In this document: positions 25,258 through 37,822 of the stretch, one piece after another
Layout: each line of letters opens with the position of its first letter
How positions within the stretch are numbered: position 1 is the stretch's first letter
Notes under the pieces: generated by a model
Told to the model about the DNA's origin: nothing
What the model saw: only the letters and a program-made list of their open reading frames with translations
Databases searched by the model: none
Made by a program: the position numbers and the translations under genes
Origin: Cyanophora paradoxa CCMP329
Taxonomy: Eukaryota > Plantae > Glaucophyta
DNA: 64,000 nt
Direction: 5' to 3'
NCBI GenBank assembly: GCA_004431415.1
Contig: QPMI01000165.1
Location: 186,001-250,000, forward strand

Positions 25258-25492
25258 TTGGAGCTACGGCTGAAGCTCCTGGCGCGCTTCTTCGCCGAGG
25301 GAGACCACTGGGCGACCTTTCTGGCCGCCGTGGCCGGGAAGCGCCCGGCGGCGGTGGGCGGCGCCGGCGGCGGCGGAGAAGACGAGGAGGAGGAGGAGGA
25401 GGAGGAGGAGGAGGAGGAGGAACGGCAGCAGACCGTCTCCCTCCGCGCGCTGGACTGGCTGGTCACCAACTACTCCAAGAAGCACAACACCG
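25258..25492 (+). pseudogene. Conserved NCLDV protein fragment
   Basis: VSLRALDWLVTNYSKKHN motif. Confidence 0.7.
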
Positions 25493-25759
25493 CCCCGGCA
25501 CCGGCGGCGATTCAAATTGAGTGATTGGCATGTTTAGATGTTGAACGAGGGGGGGCCGGCGGCGAGGGTGGGGGCAGCCGGGGAGGAATCCGCCGCCGCC
25601 TTGTGGGCCTTCTTGGGGGACGAGGCCTCGTCGCTTGCTGGGTCCGCCGCGCCCTTGCGCGCCCGCGCCTTCTTCGGGGGCTTCGGGCCGCCCTCCGAGC
25701 CGCCCTCGCCCTCGCCTGCGCCCGCGCCGCCGCGAAGGATGAAGCGGCCCTTCTCGTCG

Positions 25760-25970
25760 CGCACGACGCGTCGTTCCCTTCCGGGGAAGGCAGCAACAAC
25801 AACGCGGTCACCGTTAGCCTCCCCGGGGACCCCGATCGCCTGTGGGTGGTTGCAAAGAAGCCCATCGCAACGGACGGAGAGATCTACCTCGCGTACGGAG
25901 AGACGTACTGGCATCAGAGGGGTCATCCGCAGTTCGTCTTCAGGGACTCCGACGATCACGATGCCTCTAG
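25760..25970 (+). pseudogene. SET-domain protein, C-terminal segment
   Basis: VVAKKPIATDGEIYLAYGETYW. Confidence 0.75.
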
Positions 25971-26460
25971 GCAGCATGCGGGGGCCGGTCTGCAGCAGCT
26001 TCAGGAAGTAGGGGCAGTCCTCCGTCACGCGCTTGCAGATGTGTTCGATCATGCCGGACGGCCAGCGCTTGACATCCGCAACCCTGGAGAGGAAGAGGCC
26101 CGTCGACGTCGACGTACCCCCCCACCCTGGTCGGACGGACCGACGGACCGATCACAACAACCAACCGAGGAGACTGCAATATGCAGCCGCCCAGGCCTGC
26201 TGCTCCGGCGCCGGCAGTCCAGTACGTGTCGCGCGAGGCCCTTGCAGCGCAGGCGCCGCCCGCGCCGAGGCCGCCAAGGCCCAGGCCGAGGCCGCCAAGG
26301 CCCGCGCCGCCCTCGAGCTCGAGGCCGCCAAGGCCCGCGCCGCGCGCGAGGCGGAGCGCGAGGCCCAGCGCGCGGCCCTCGAGCTGGAGGCTGCCAAGGC
26401 CCGCGCCGCCCAGGAGGCCCAGCGCAAGGCCGAGCGTGCCGCCCTCGACCTGGAGGCCGC

Positions 26461-26887
26461 CGTGTGGGAGGTGCGGGTCCAGGTTGAAGTCTCTGAGGTA
26501 CTCCGAGCCGCCATTCCCTCCTTGTTCTGGGTCGTAGGCACCGCGTGCCCAGATCCTGTCCCTGTTGATGAAGATCTCCGCCCCGCTGACGGGATTAGTG
26601 AGGCTGTACTGCAGATACAGGGCACCCTCCTCGTCCTCTATGACCTCTGTGTTTGCGAGAGTGTACCGCATGGCCGACAGCAAGTTTTTCGCAGCACACT
26701 CATCCATTGAAGAAAGCATGAAAGCCTTCTTCACTGTGCCGCTTTCCACAAGGGCAACCCTGATTGCGCTGGCCGCATCCAGCTCCTCCAGGCATTTAGT
26801 CACTTCCCTTGCCATGGGGACATTAATGGCAGCCCCGACGGGGCCGCCAGTGCCGGCGCCGTTGCCGTTGGGGTTTCCGATTGCCAT
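26461..26887 (-). pseudogene. Hypothetical gene 5' segment; continues at 46124 (+)
   Basis: 8-bp overlap CCCACACG; joined ORF is 228 codons, ATG to TAG. Confidence 0.75.
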
Positions 26888-27872
26888 ATGTGTGCATACA
26901 TTACAGAGGTACGCATACAAAATTAATTGCGGCTCTACTCCCGCGAGTCCAGGGGGGAGGCCCGCGCCGAGGCCCGCGAGGCCCGCGAAGAGGTCGCGCG
27001 CCTCGAGGTCGCCCTGGAGGCGGCAACGGTGGAGGTTGAGGCGGCCCGCGAGCGGGAGGCGGCGCTCCTGGCCTCGGCGTGGGAGCGGGGCGCCCACCAC
27101 GGGCCCACCGCGGACGGCGACCAGGACTGCCTGGACCACCCCGAGGCGGCGGCCGACCCACACGCTTCCCCGAGGTGGTCTTCGTCGTGGTCACGGAGAG
27201 AATACCGGCCTTCTTGGGGCCGCGGCCGTGGACACCGACCGCGTTCTGGTACCGGATCCACTGGGCCAGAGTGGTGCGCTTGCCGCTGGGGTAGGCGTAG
27301 TAGGTGGCCCCATTTGCGCGACGTTTGCGTTGAATGGGCGCGCGGGCGGCCGCGGTCACGGTCCAGGTGCGGCCGTACGCAGCCTTCGTCGGCTTCTGAG
27401 CGACGATCGCGCTCTGCCGGAGGCCCTTCTTCAGGCCGATAACGCCCATACGGCGGTGGCCGCCGCTGGTGAAGTAGACGCGCTTGACGCGCGAAAGGCC
27501 GGCGTAGCGCCACCGCCGCCCCCGGAGCCGGCGGCGAACGCAACCCCGCCCACGGCGGGGCACTCCCTGCCGCCACGCAGGGCGCCGGCCGTCCCATCGT
27601 CGATGATCTCGCTTCTGGCACAGCGGCTGGGGGCGGCGCCGCCCGTGGGTGGGCCCAGACCGGGCCCGTCTCCACGGGGCGGGACCACCGCGGCCACCGC
27701 CGCCGGTGGCGACAACACCGCCGCGACCGCCGCCGCCGGCCAGATTACCCTCAAACGCCCCCCCGGCCCCCCTCGCACTAGTGCCCCCTCGATCGCATCC
27801 TTTCTGAACGTAGAGGTTTCCAAAAGGGTGAAGAAATCCCTCTGAAACCAGTCTTTGTGTGACACTACAGAG

Positions 27873-28120
27873 CTAAGCTAGCTCCTGCATCGCCGCGAGG
27901 ATGCGGGGGAGGGCCTCCCGCGCGAGGTCCCTCGCCGGCTGGCGAGAGTCAAGGCGCAGAACGGGGATCTTGCGCCGCCGCTCGACGCTGCCGATCCACT
28001 GGGTGTACCGGTCCGCGAGCCCCGGGATGGTGTCGATCGCCTCCTGTGGGTCGCCCCGCCCCTGGGCGCGGACCTGGCAGAGCTCCGGGGGCGCCTCCAC
28101 GGAGACGATCAGGATGGCAT
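27873..28120 (-). pseudogene. Deoxynucleoside/thymidylate kinase, 3' segment
   Basis: ILIVSVEAPPELCQVRAQGRG...YTQW...VLRLD. Confidence 0.6.
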
Positions 28121-28349
28121 CCGCAACAAGGCGGCCTCCGTCCGCGTCCGCGGCTGCGTCCTCGACCCGCGCCGGCCGGCCGGCGACCCGACCATCGACG
28201 TGCGGGAGGCGCTCCTGGCCCTCCGGGCGACGGACCGGCTGTGGAACAGCGAGCCGCGGCCGGGCGGCCGGCGCGGCTCGGCCCTCGCCCCCCCCGAGGA
28301 CCCCGAGGACGTGGCGGCGCTGGCGAGGCGCTACGATCGCCAGGAGTAG
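28117..28349 (+). pseudogene. 3' segment of the F-box gene starting at 7023
   Basis: Pointer GCATCCGCA at 28117-28125; ends RRYDRQE-TAG. Confidence 0.7.
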
Positions 28350-29204
28350 GAGCAAGTGTATATGTGTACAGTGCCGAAGTTACAGGGGCCGCCGGTGCCT
28401 CGTCTGCCAGAACGAGTGGCCGAAGTGAGGTCGCTCGCCGCGGGCCAGGCGCATGTCGCGCTCGACATCCGCGCGGGGGATGGGGAACGGGTACTCGGGG
28501 TTGTAGGCGGGGGGCGGGAAAACAGTACCGGGCGGCAACCCCCGGTAGGGGCGCGGCCTGTCGTCGCGCACGTAATTCGACGGCATCGGCGGCGCAGAGG
28601 GGGCGGGGGGCACGTATGCGGGCCGGGGTGGGGGCAGCGGGGGCGCAGAGGGGGTGCGGTGCACGTAGTAGGGGGGGTCAGCGAGGTAGCCCGAGGGATC
28701 AGTGAAGTGGTACCGGTAGGAGTCGGACATCGTTTTACAGGCTCGGGAAGAAAAAAACAAAGAGCGAACGCTTACGATACGCGCGCGACGGCTCTGAAGA
28801 AGCTCTTCTGCGCGCGCGGCAGGCCCCTGGGCCGCGCTGGAGGCGAGATGACGTGGCGCGAACGACGTACCCCCCTTACACCATACCCCCCCCTCGCAAG
28901 CGGATGCAGCCGGAGCGTGCTCGCAGCGGCTCTCCTGACCCGAAGCGGAGTCGGTTGGACCCAGATAGCTCGTTTGGAGCTGGAGGGGGCGCTCCCCGGG
29001 GCCCCGAGGTGCGCGCGCGCGTGTTCACCTGCTGCGGACGTGCGTCCGGCCGCTGACGCGACCTGAACGCAGCCCGCTGGCAGTTTGCAGCCCGTTGACG
29101 CGCCAGGGAACCTCCCTGGAAGCCAGGCGAGTGGTGCATGTGCGCGTTCGCATGCGTCACCCGATGCCGCGCGCGCAGGGGGAGCCTGCTGTTGCTGTTG
29201 CTTC

Positions 29205-30930
29205 TGTGGAGGTCGAGCAGGCACGCCCGCCGCCCCCGGCCCCGCCGCTGGCTGCAGCTGCTAGCTGAGGGCCGCCGCGCGCAGGCCGACTGCATGCTGC
29301 TGTCCATGCTGCCCCCCGAGCTCATCACGAAGATCATCCTCGCCCCCGGAGCCGACGCGCGGCGCGTGCTGGCCCTCTTCCGCTCAACGTGCCGCCTGGC
29401 CCGCCGCCTGGTCTGCGCGCGCGTGTTTGTTCGCCGCTGCCCCGCCCGGCCCGCCTCACCGGGGCGGCCCCCTAGGGCGAGGACGTGTTCCCGATGCTGG
29501 ACCCCGGGGCGCCGCTCGCCGTCTGCATCTCCGGCCCCCGCGGCCACCACGGCCTCGAGGACCGCATCGGCAACCTGGAGCTCGCGAACGTCGACGCCGA
29601 GCGGACCAGGCTGATCCAGGAGCGCCCCTCTGACGCGAAGGCCTGCGCCAAGCGCGGCATCTTCTTCTACAGCGACAGGGAGGACCCGTACCGCCTCGCC
29701 GACCTGGTAAAGGTGAAGCGGGGCGCCAACGTCTTCGTCGACACCATCGCTGAGGTGCGCGGGCCCGGCCCCCGCTTCGTCCCGTCCCTCTCACGCACGC
29801 GGGCGCCCTCCAGGCGGCCCGCCTCATCGTGGGCGAGGACGGCAGCGGCGGCCCCGGCAGCGAGTACTTTGCCACCGCCACGAGGCTCCGCCTCATCCTG
29901 GCCACCAACGAGGCGCTGGACGACGCCAACACGGCGATCCTCGCGTTCCGTGGCCGCTTCAAGGAGATCACCTTCGAGCTCGTCAACTTCATCCTGGACT
30001 ACAGGCGGCCCCCCTTCGTCCGCGTGCCGGACAAAGGCGCCGTCAACGGGCTCGCCCCGTGGATGCAGGAGCACCTCTTTGTGCGCCCCCCCCCTCCCTC
30101 CCGTCCCGCCCTCCAGCTTACCGCCTCGGCGCAGGCCCCCTACCCCCCCGACGAGAGCTTGCTCGGCTGCTGGCCCGAGCGCATCCGCATCGCGGACAGC
30201 ACGTGGTTGCCGCAGCGCGCCCCCTGCGCCATCCGCGAGCCCGGCGGCGGCTTCACCGGCCTTGCCTTCCTCGACGAGGTCCGCCTCCGCCCCGGCCCCG
30301 CCCCGCCCAGCCTGACCCTTGCACCCCCAGTTCACCATGCCGCCCCCCGGCGTCAAGGAGCTCGGCTGCATCCTCGCCCTGGTCCCCGAGACTTCCGGCG
30401 CGGCGATCGCCAGCAAGCTGCACTGCACGGCGGAGGACCCGCTCGTCGTCGAGGGCCTCGGTGTGAACATGAACTTCCCCCACGTGCCCTTCTTCGCCGA
30501 CTACGGCGGCGTCATCAAGCCCCTGGCGGACCTGGCCGCCGGCCGGCTGCGGGCGCGGAGGGCCCTGCTCGAGCTCAGCGGCTGGGAGCCGGACACTCCT
30601 TTTGTCGAGTCGGTCATACCGCCGGCCGACCTGGCCGACGCCATCCTCAAGCTCCTCGTGAAGACCGGCGGCGAGGTGCGGGTCTTCTTCTCCGCGTACA
30701 CCGCGACCGGCGACTACCCGGGGCGCTGGGGGCGGGCGCTCGGCCGCTTCGTCCCGCTGGTGCGGCGCCCGCGCTGCGGCTATATAATCGGCCACTACTT
30801 CTTCTCGGTCCTGGCCGCCATCGTGCGCGGCTACGGGGGAGGCGGCCTCAGGATCGTCCTCGAGGGGTGCGTGCGGGGCCGGGGGCCGGCCGGCTGCCGG
30901 GGCGCTTACCCGGTCGACCGCTCGCAGGCT
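29205..30930 (+). pseudogene. Intron-containing F-box protein segment
   Basis: LLSMLPPELITKII; introns ending 29475 and at 29755-29813, 30081-30134 and 30279-30330 give one continuous frame. Confidence 0.7.
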
Positions 30931-31554
30931 CGATATCGGCGAACTCGAATGGCATATGAAGAACACGGGCCTCGTCGAGGCGCTGGCGGCGCGCCCGCCC
31001 CGCGAGATCCTCCTGCTCAACTGCCCTGATGATGATGATGCCGCGGCGGGAGGCGGCGGACCGGGCGCAGCGGGCAGCTGATCCTGAGACTGGCTATTCC
31101 GCTTCACACTGGAGCCGCCGCCTCCTCCGCCGGTGACCGGAGCGGCCGCGGCGGGCTGCTGACCCTTCGGCCTGGACTCGCCGACGCCTCCTCCGGTGGT
31201 GGCCGGAGCGGGAGGCGGAGCGGCAGCGTGCTGATTCGGTCGCTTCACAGGAGCGGCCGCAGCGAGCTGCTGGCGCAAGATCCAGAACCTGGGGCTGGAT
31301 GTGCGGGCCTTGCCCAACGACCACCCGATCTTCGACTTCAGTGGGAGAGTGGGATTCTGGGAGACTGTCCGTGCTGCCCGTCAGAGCTTCGAGGACTACT
31401 ACAGGCCCAGGGGCCTGTGGACGCCCGCCTTCATCCAGAGCCGCATGCTGCAGAACCCTGCCGCCTGGTATTTCTGGGCGCGCGAAGATATGCCGTCGCG
31501 CCTCGGTCAAAACATGTTCGATCCACAATACGCAAGAGACATCAACGCCGGCAG

Positions 31555-32030
31555 CATCCTCTCGGACCCCGCCCTGATGTACCTCCCCGCCGACCTGACC
31601 GCCGTCGGGCAGGTCTGCCGCGCCTGGCGCGCCTGGCCGGGGGCCCGGGAGGAGCTCGCGGCGGCCGCCCTGAACGCCGCGCTGGGGCTCGGGCCTGAGG
31701 ACCCCTGCCCCCTGGAGCCCTGGGCGCGGGCCGGCTACCCGGGCGGGCTCGAGGGGCCCTCCGGGACCTCGAGGGCCGCCCCGGCCAGCCGAGCGCCTCC
31801 CTCCTCCGCATCCGCCACCTCCTGTGGGAGGAGGGGGCAGCCTGCCCGGCGGCGGCGCCCTGCGCTACCCGATCCGGGCCGCGTCGGCGGCGGAGGCGAA
31901 CGCCGCCGTCGAGGCCGAGGTGGCGCGCTTCGTCGCGGCGGGGGACGCTGTCGAGTCCGGGCTGCTCACGGGCACCGGCGCCGGGACGGCCCTGGGCCTC
32001 GCCGCCGCGTGGCAGCTGACCACGCGCGGC
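31555..32030 (+). pseudogene. F-box protein segment
   Basis: DLTAVGQVCRAWR; two G-run frameshifts. Confidence 0.5.
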
Positions 32031-32202
32031 CCCGTCGGGCGCCCTATCGTCCGTTTCATGTACTACCCCGACCAGGAGGACGAGGTCTCCCTCGACGGGT
32101 CCCCGTCGGATCCGGAGTAGCGTAGGCGCATGTCATTGTTAATGCAGTCCAGCAGTGCGCGTACTGGTCGCCGCGCGTCCGGGCAGTCGTCGGATTTCTG
32201 CA
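32025..32202. repeat. 178-bp exact inverted duplicate of 48999-49176
   Basis: Direct reverse-complement identity. Confidence 0.95.
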
Positions 32203-32721
32203 GTCCCACTCTAGTGGAGGCCGCCGCCGCCATGGCCCTCAGCTCTGATGCCTGCCCTGCCCCGCCTGTGCATGTTCGCATGCTGCTGCTTCTATATAGG
32301 CTGAACTGCCTCCGCTTGTGAGAACATGATTCTAATGCACTCCACTGCACGCCGCCCGCCCCCCCCCCACCGCCCTCCACACCGCCCCACTCAGCCCACC
32401 CAGCCCCGCGGCCCTCCCCCCTACCCTCCCCTACCCCTCCCCCGGGCCCCTCCCCCCCTACCCGCCCAACCGCTATGAACCACTTTCACAGCTGGGAACC
32501 GGTTGTGCTTTCCGAAGGCATCTGCAGCCTTAAGAGACGACCGCCGAGTCTGCTGTGGGAGGAAGCATAGTAATTCACGATGGGGGCCGCGGTCTCCTGG
32601 AACAGGACCACGCCGTAGTGGTACGCCCAGTACGCGGGGTCCCCCGCTGAGTAGGGGTTAACGGGCCCGTCGCCTCCGCGGCCACCGCCGCCGCCGCCGC
32701 GGTCCAGCAGGCGCTGATAGC

Positions 32722-33383
32722 CGTTGGGGGGTACCCTGGGGGTGACCGGGGCGACCACCCTTGCGAACGCCTCAGTGGGGGGCACGCTTGGGGTGACGGG
32801 GAACACCACGCTGAGCACCCTTGGGGTGACGGGGGCCACCACGTTGGGGGGTACCCTTGGCGTGACCGGCGCGACCACCCTGGCGAACGCTTCGGTGGGG
32901 GGCACGCTTGGGGTGACGGGGGCCACGACGCTGGCCGGCACATCGGTCGGGGGTGCGCTCGGGGTGACAGGGAACACCACGTTGGGGGGTACCCTTGGCG
33001 TGACCGGGGCGACCACCCTGGCGAACGCCTCGGTGGGGGGCACGCTTGGGGTGACGGGGGCCACGACGCTGGCGGGCACCTCGGTGGGGGGTACGCTCGG
33101 GGTCACAGGGAACACCACGTTGGGGGGTACCCTTGGCGTGACAGGGGCGACCACGCTGGCAAACGCTTCGGTGGGGGGAACGCTAGGGGTGACCGGAAAC
33201 ACGACACTGAGCACGCTCGGGGTGACGGGGGCCTCGACACTAGCCGACACCTCGGTGGGGGGTACGCTGGGGGTGACAGGGTCGACGACGCTGGGGGGTA
33301 GCCTGAGCGTGACAGGGTCAACTACGCTGTCGGGTGGTCTCCAGTCCACAAACGTTTCCAATGCCACTGACGTGACAAGTGGC
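32722..33383 (+). repeat. Fibre-protein repeat segment (GGTLGVTGATTLANASV)n
   Basis: More than 12 coding repeat units. Confidence 0.85.
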
Positions 33384-33893
33384 TGGTGCTCGCCGGAGCT
33401 GGCAGCGGCCCGGCTCCCCCGCCTCCTCGCGTGCGCGGGATTGCCAGCGCGGTCGGTCGGTGCCCCCGGTCCGGCCGTCGTCGGCCCGGGGGGCGTGATC
33501 GACCTCGTTCTCGCCGCGGATGCCGCCCAGCTCGCGGTGTTCGGCGGCGAAGAGCCCGGGAACCCGTACGCGACCGCACAGTGCCTCGCCGAGTTTGCGG
33601 CCGCCGCGGGCCTGGACCCCCGCGCCATCGAGGCCCGCCTGCGCCGCGCCGGCAAGGGCGGGGCACCCGGCAGCAGCACGCCGGGGTCGGTGTCCCCTGC
33701 AACCACGGCGACGACCCCATCCCCGCTTGCTTCTGGCGGCCCTGGCGCGCCCCCCACGCCTTCTCCCCGCTCCGCCTCCCGAGCGCGGCCGCGGCGGCTT
33801 CGTCGTGCCTGGTCCCGCGAACGCCGCCCCCGAGGCGCCCCCCCCGCTCGTCGCTCGCCATGTGGGTGGCGCCGGTCGGACGGACCGGGCCTG

Positions 33894-36800
33894 CTAGAAC
33901 CTGTACCCCCTCCGAGCGCCCCCCCGCCCTCCTAGACGGCTTCCTCGGCGGTGCATACCCCCCTCCGGCTCGGGCCGCCACGCAGCCACCGGCGGCGGCG
34001 GGCGAAGGGGCGGCGGCGGCGGCGGCTCGGCTCGCCAGGCGGCCGGCGACGGCGGGCCAGGGGGCACCGGCTGCGGCTCGGCTCGCCACGCGGCCACCGG
34101 CGCCGGCGGCGCCGGCGGGCGCTGTGCGGGCGGTGCCGGGCCCCGCCCCGCCGGTGGGCGAAGAAGGGGCGGCGCCGGGGCCGGCGCCGGGGGCGCCCCC
34201 ATGCTGTACCCCATGTACACCCTCCCGAGCGCCGCCTCGAGGTCGTCCAGGGTCCACGGCCGGCCCGGCCGCCGCCTGAGGAAGTGCCTGATGTTGGCGT
34301 CTTCCAGCGCCCCGGGCCCGCCCCCCAGCCGGTCCATGCAGTGGTCCGGCGGCATCAGCGAGTTCGACGCCGACGCGAGCGGCCTCAGGTGGTCGGCCCG
34401 CACCCGGCAGTGGACCGCAGTTTGGCCCTGGCCGTACATCGTCTGGCCCCTGGCGATGATGTCGGCCGCGAGCGAGGCCAGGCCGATCACGTCGAACTCC
34501 TCGTCGCACCGCATGCAGGGGGTGCGCGGGCGGTCGGGGACGTGCTCAAGGTGGGCCCCGGCTCCGGCCCCGCCGGCTGTGTTCGCCTTGGCGATCTCCT
34601 CGGCCACGCACTCGTGGGGCAGGAACGCGCCCCTCGTCGGGGGCTCGCTGCCGGGGTCGAGCGCCCCGCGGAGGCGCCCCGGCAGCTTGCTGTCGCCGCC
34701 GCCTCCGGATGCGTTCTTCAGCGCGCCGCCGCCAAAGTCAAGGAGGACGAGCCTGCGCGCCGCCTCGAGGGGGTTCTCGTTGATGTTCAGGGGGGCGTAC
34801 TGCCCCGGCCGCGGAGGGAGGGGCCGGATCCCCACGTTCTCGAGCTTGAGGTCGCAGTGGGTGAAGCCGGCCAGGTGCAGGGCGCGGACGGCGGGGATGA
34901 GGCGCAGGACCGCCGCCAGGGCGAAGAAGACGAGGTTCCCGTGCTCCACGCGCACCCTGCCCCCCTTGATGGCATCCATCTCCTTCTTGAGGTCCGCGCC
35001 CTCTTGGTCGTCCCCCGGCCTCCTGCCCGGCGCCAGCTGCAGGAGCTCGGAGATCACGCAGGGGGCGGGCGCCCCCCTGCCCTGGTTGTTCGCGCCCCAC
35101 CCGATGCGCGACGGGCGCTCCAGGGTCCAGCCGAGGGTATTCGGGAGGGCGGGGGCCGCCCTGCGGGAACCGCCGCCGCCGATCAGCTCGCGGGCCCACG
35201 GCTTCCCCGCGGCGAGGTCGGCGTCCTCGATCCGAATGAGCGCGTTGAAGGCGGCCATCGCCCCCGCCAGCTCGAAGATCGCGTCCCGTGCCCCCGCCTC
35301 GGGGTCGTACGGGAGCTTGACGGCGACTCTCCGGGGGCCGTATTCCGCCACGCAAACCTGGGCGTTCTTCCCCCTGCCCAGCTCCTGGTTGAAATCGATC
35401 CGGATGCTCCCGGGGTTCACGTACAGGGACCCCTGCCCCAGCTGGGCGAGGGCGTTCCCGATGGGCGTGCCCCGGACCCCGGGAGCCTCCGAAACGAGCC
35501 TCCACCAGCCCATGCAGTCCTTCGCAGTGACGGGTTCCTTGACGTAGTCGCGGGTACGACCGCCGGCCCCGAACAGCCGGCCCACGCCGGACGCGAACGG
35601 AATGCGGAAAGACGCCGCGGGTGTGGTCGGGCTCGGGCGCCTGCTCATCTCCACGGGCCCAACTGGGCGTGCCGCCACTGGGCGCCTGCTCGTCGATCTC
35701 TCCAGGCCTTGGGGCGCGACTGTGCGAGCTGTCGCACGCGGATCGCCCGCGGCGGTACTCCCGCTCCTGATCCAGGGGTGGTTCTCCATGGCCCGGAGCG
35801 TGCGCGTCCGCCCTCTGTCGCTCGTGTACATGAGGAAGTCGTACAGGAACTTCTGCAGCGCCGGAGAGGCCTCCCCACGGGTGCACTTCGAAGGGTCTTG
35901 CTGTCCCATGCCCAGGGAGGGCGGACTGAGGCGAATGCCAAACAGCATTGCCATCGTTAACGAGCACGTCGGGGAAACGCCGGCGATCCTCCCGTCGGGG
36001 TGGATATCAGTAGGCTCCCATAATGGCACGCCCGCCGGCAGTGTCAGCCCGAGAACGATCGCTGCGATCTGGTACACGAGCCTTGCCTCGTCGCATTGGC
36101 AGTCGGGGGCCGAGTGGCCGTAGGTAGGTCTCCCGTCCGGGTAGAACATGCACTCGGGGTTGACGAGGGTCGTGGCGTAGTCCGTGCTGTGTTCGCCATT
36201 GATGCCACGTATCCACACGTCCCCAAAATCTATAAGGACCGGCGTCATCGTGGAAGCCGAGCGGCGGAGCCCAATGTTCATTGTCTTGAGATCACAGTGC
36301 CGGATGCCGCCGTCGCCGTGGGCCGCTCCCAGGAGCCGGCAGCCCTCTACGAGCTGGAGCACTATCCGCTTGAGCTCCTCCTCAGACAATCGACGAGCCC
36401 CCTGGCGCGGTTTTCCGTCGTTTTCCGTCGGTCGCAGGTCATGAAGTGTACCGTAAAGCCTCTCCATGACTATGGCAGGGGACGGGTCCGCGCCAAAGGT
36501 GGTGTAACCCAGAACCCGCATGATGGGGGCCGCGTCCCCCCGGTCAAGTGCAGCGGCATGTGCAGCCAGCGGAACGCACAGCTCGCGGACGACATCAATG
36601 CCTACAGCTGGGGCCACGGAATTATAACTGGATGCCGCAGCCGGGGCAACGGACCCAGCCCCGCGACCCGCCTGGCGCTCGGGCGGTTTGGCTTGCTTCA
36701 CAGCCACTTCCTGCCCCTGGTACGTCCCCAGCACGACTTTCCCAAATGATCCCGTGCCTAGCACGTTTTTTGCAAACACCCGGACCTTGTTCGAATCCAG

Positions 36801-36932
36801 CCTGAAACCTCCCTCCAGGACCTTCATTAGCACCCCGACTAGGTGTGAGTTCTCCGCCGTGAACCCGGCGGCCTTCAGCCTAGCGTATGCCACCTCGCAC
36901 TGGGCGCGGACAAGGGGCGGCACAGGGTCCAT
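33894..36932 (-). CDS. Intact tandem Ser/Thr protein kinase (two domains), 1012 aa
   Basis: LGTGSFGKV..VAVK..HCDLKTMNI..DFG and LGRGKNAQV..VAVK..HCDLKLENV..DFG. Confidence 0.9.
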   Translation of the reverse strand: MDPVPPLVRAQCEVAYARLKAAGFTAENSHLVGVLMKVLEGGFRLDSNKVRVFAKNVLGTGSFGKVVLGTYQGQEVAVKQAKPPERQAGRGAGSVAPAAASSYNSVAPAVGIDVVRELCVPLAAHAAALDRGDAAPIMRVLGYTTFGADPSPAIVMERLYGTLHDLRPTENDGKPRQGARRLSEEELKRIVLQLVEGCRLLGAAHGDGGIRHCDLKTMNIGLRRSASTMTPVLIDFGDVWIRGINGEHSTDYATTLVNPECMFYPDGRPTYGHSAPDCQCDEARLVYQIAAIVLGLTLPAGVPLWEPTDIHPDGRIAGVSPTCSLTMAMLFGIRLSPPSLGMGQQDPSKCTRGEASPALQKFLYDFLMYTSDRGRTRTLRAMENHPWIRSGSTAAGDPRATARTVAPQGLERSTSRRPVAARPVGPVEMSRRPSPTTPAASFRIPFASGVGRLFGAGGRTRDYVKEPVTAKDCMGWWRLVSEAPGVRGTPIGNALAQLGQGSLYVNPGSIRIDFNQELGRGKNAQVCVAEYGPRRVAVKLPYDPEAGARDAIFELAGAMAAFNALIRIEDADLAAGKPWARELIGGGGSRRAAPALPNTLGWTLERPSRIGWGANNQGRGAPAPCVISELLQLAPGRRPGDDQEGADLKKEMDAIKGGRVRVEHGNLVFFALAAVLRLIPAVRALHLAGFTHCDLKLENVGIRPLPPRPGQYAPLNINENPLEAARRLVLLDFGGGALKNASGGGGDSKLPGRLRGALDPGSEPPTRGAFLPHECVAEEIAKANTAGGAGAGAHLEHVPDRPRTPCMRCDEEFDVIGLASLAADIIARGQTMYGQGQTAVHCRVRADHLRPLASASNSLMPPDHCMDRLGGGPGALEDANIRHFLRRRPGRPWTLDDLEAALGRVYMGYSMGAPPAPAPAPPLLRPPAGRGPAPPAQRPPAPPAPVAAWRAEPQPVPPGPPSPAAWRAEPPPPPPLRPPPPVAAWRPEPEGGMHRRGSRLGGRGGARRGYRF

Positions 36933-37582
36933 TGGACGTCTTTCACCACATCACACATGGAAAAAATTAGCCTAGCTGCCGGGCCCGCCCCACGACGAGG
37001 GCCCGCGGCCCCGCGATGCGGCGCACGGCCGCGAGCGTCGGCGCGTCCGCGCCATCGGCCGAGAAGACGACGAGGGCCGCCGCCGGCCCCGCGCGTCGGC
37101 CTCCTCGGCCGCCCGCTGCACCCGCCGGAACGCCCGCTCCCCGCCCACGAGGGCGCCCTCCGTCCACTCCTCCAGCAGCCGTGCGCGGCCCCCGGGCCCC
37201 GGGATGTAGAACGTGATCGCCTGGAGCTCCGGATTCTCCTCCATGAACCGCACCACCGACTCGCCGTCGGGGTCGGCGCCGCCGTGCCACCAGCAGTTGC
37301 GGAACTCCAGGTGCGTGGCCCCCCTCATGAAGGGAGGGAACGGAGAGGCACGCGTTCCGTGCGGTGAGCCCCACGGCGTGGCGCACCAGGCTGTTCAGCA
37401 CGCCGGTCACCTCCCTGACCTGGTCCTCGAGGGCGCGGAGGCGAACAAGCGTGTCGGGCGAGGCAGACATGGTTTATATATGCGAGCGTAGGATGGGATG
37501 GGGCGAGAACATTTCGCGGCCCGCGCGTCCGCACCTGCGCCGGGAAAGTCGGGGTTTGGAAGTGCATACGGCGGCGATATCG

Positions 37583-37822
37583 ATGCCAACGAGCTACCAC
37601 CCCGAGCTCGGGCTCCACCCGGCGACCGCCCGCCTGCTGGCCCTGCCTCCCCGCCCCGAGCAGGGCACGGCCGGCTGGCTGCAGCAGCGGGAGGGCATGC
37701 TCACCGCCAGCGACATCCCGGCCGCCCTCGGGGAAAACCCCTACCAGTCCCCAGCCGCCCTCATCCGCCGCAAGCTGGGCCTGGACCCCCCCTTCGAGGG
37801 CAACTTCCTGACGCGCTGGGGT
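37583..37822 (+). pseudogene. YqaJ-like viral recombinase/exonuclease, 5' segment
   Basis: EQGTAGWLQQREGMLTASDIPAALGENPY...TRWG. Confidence 0.88.
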
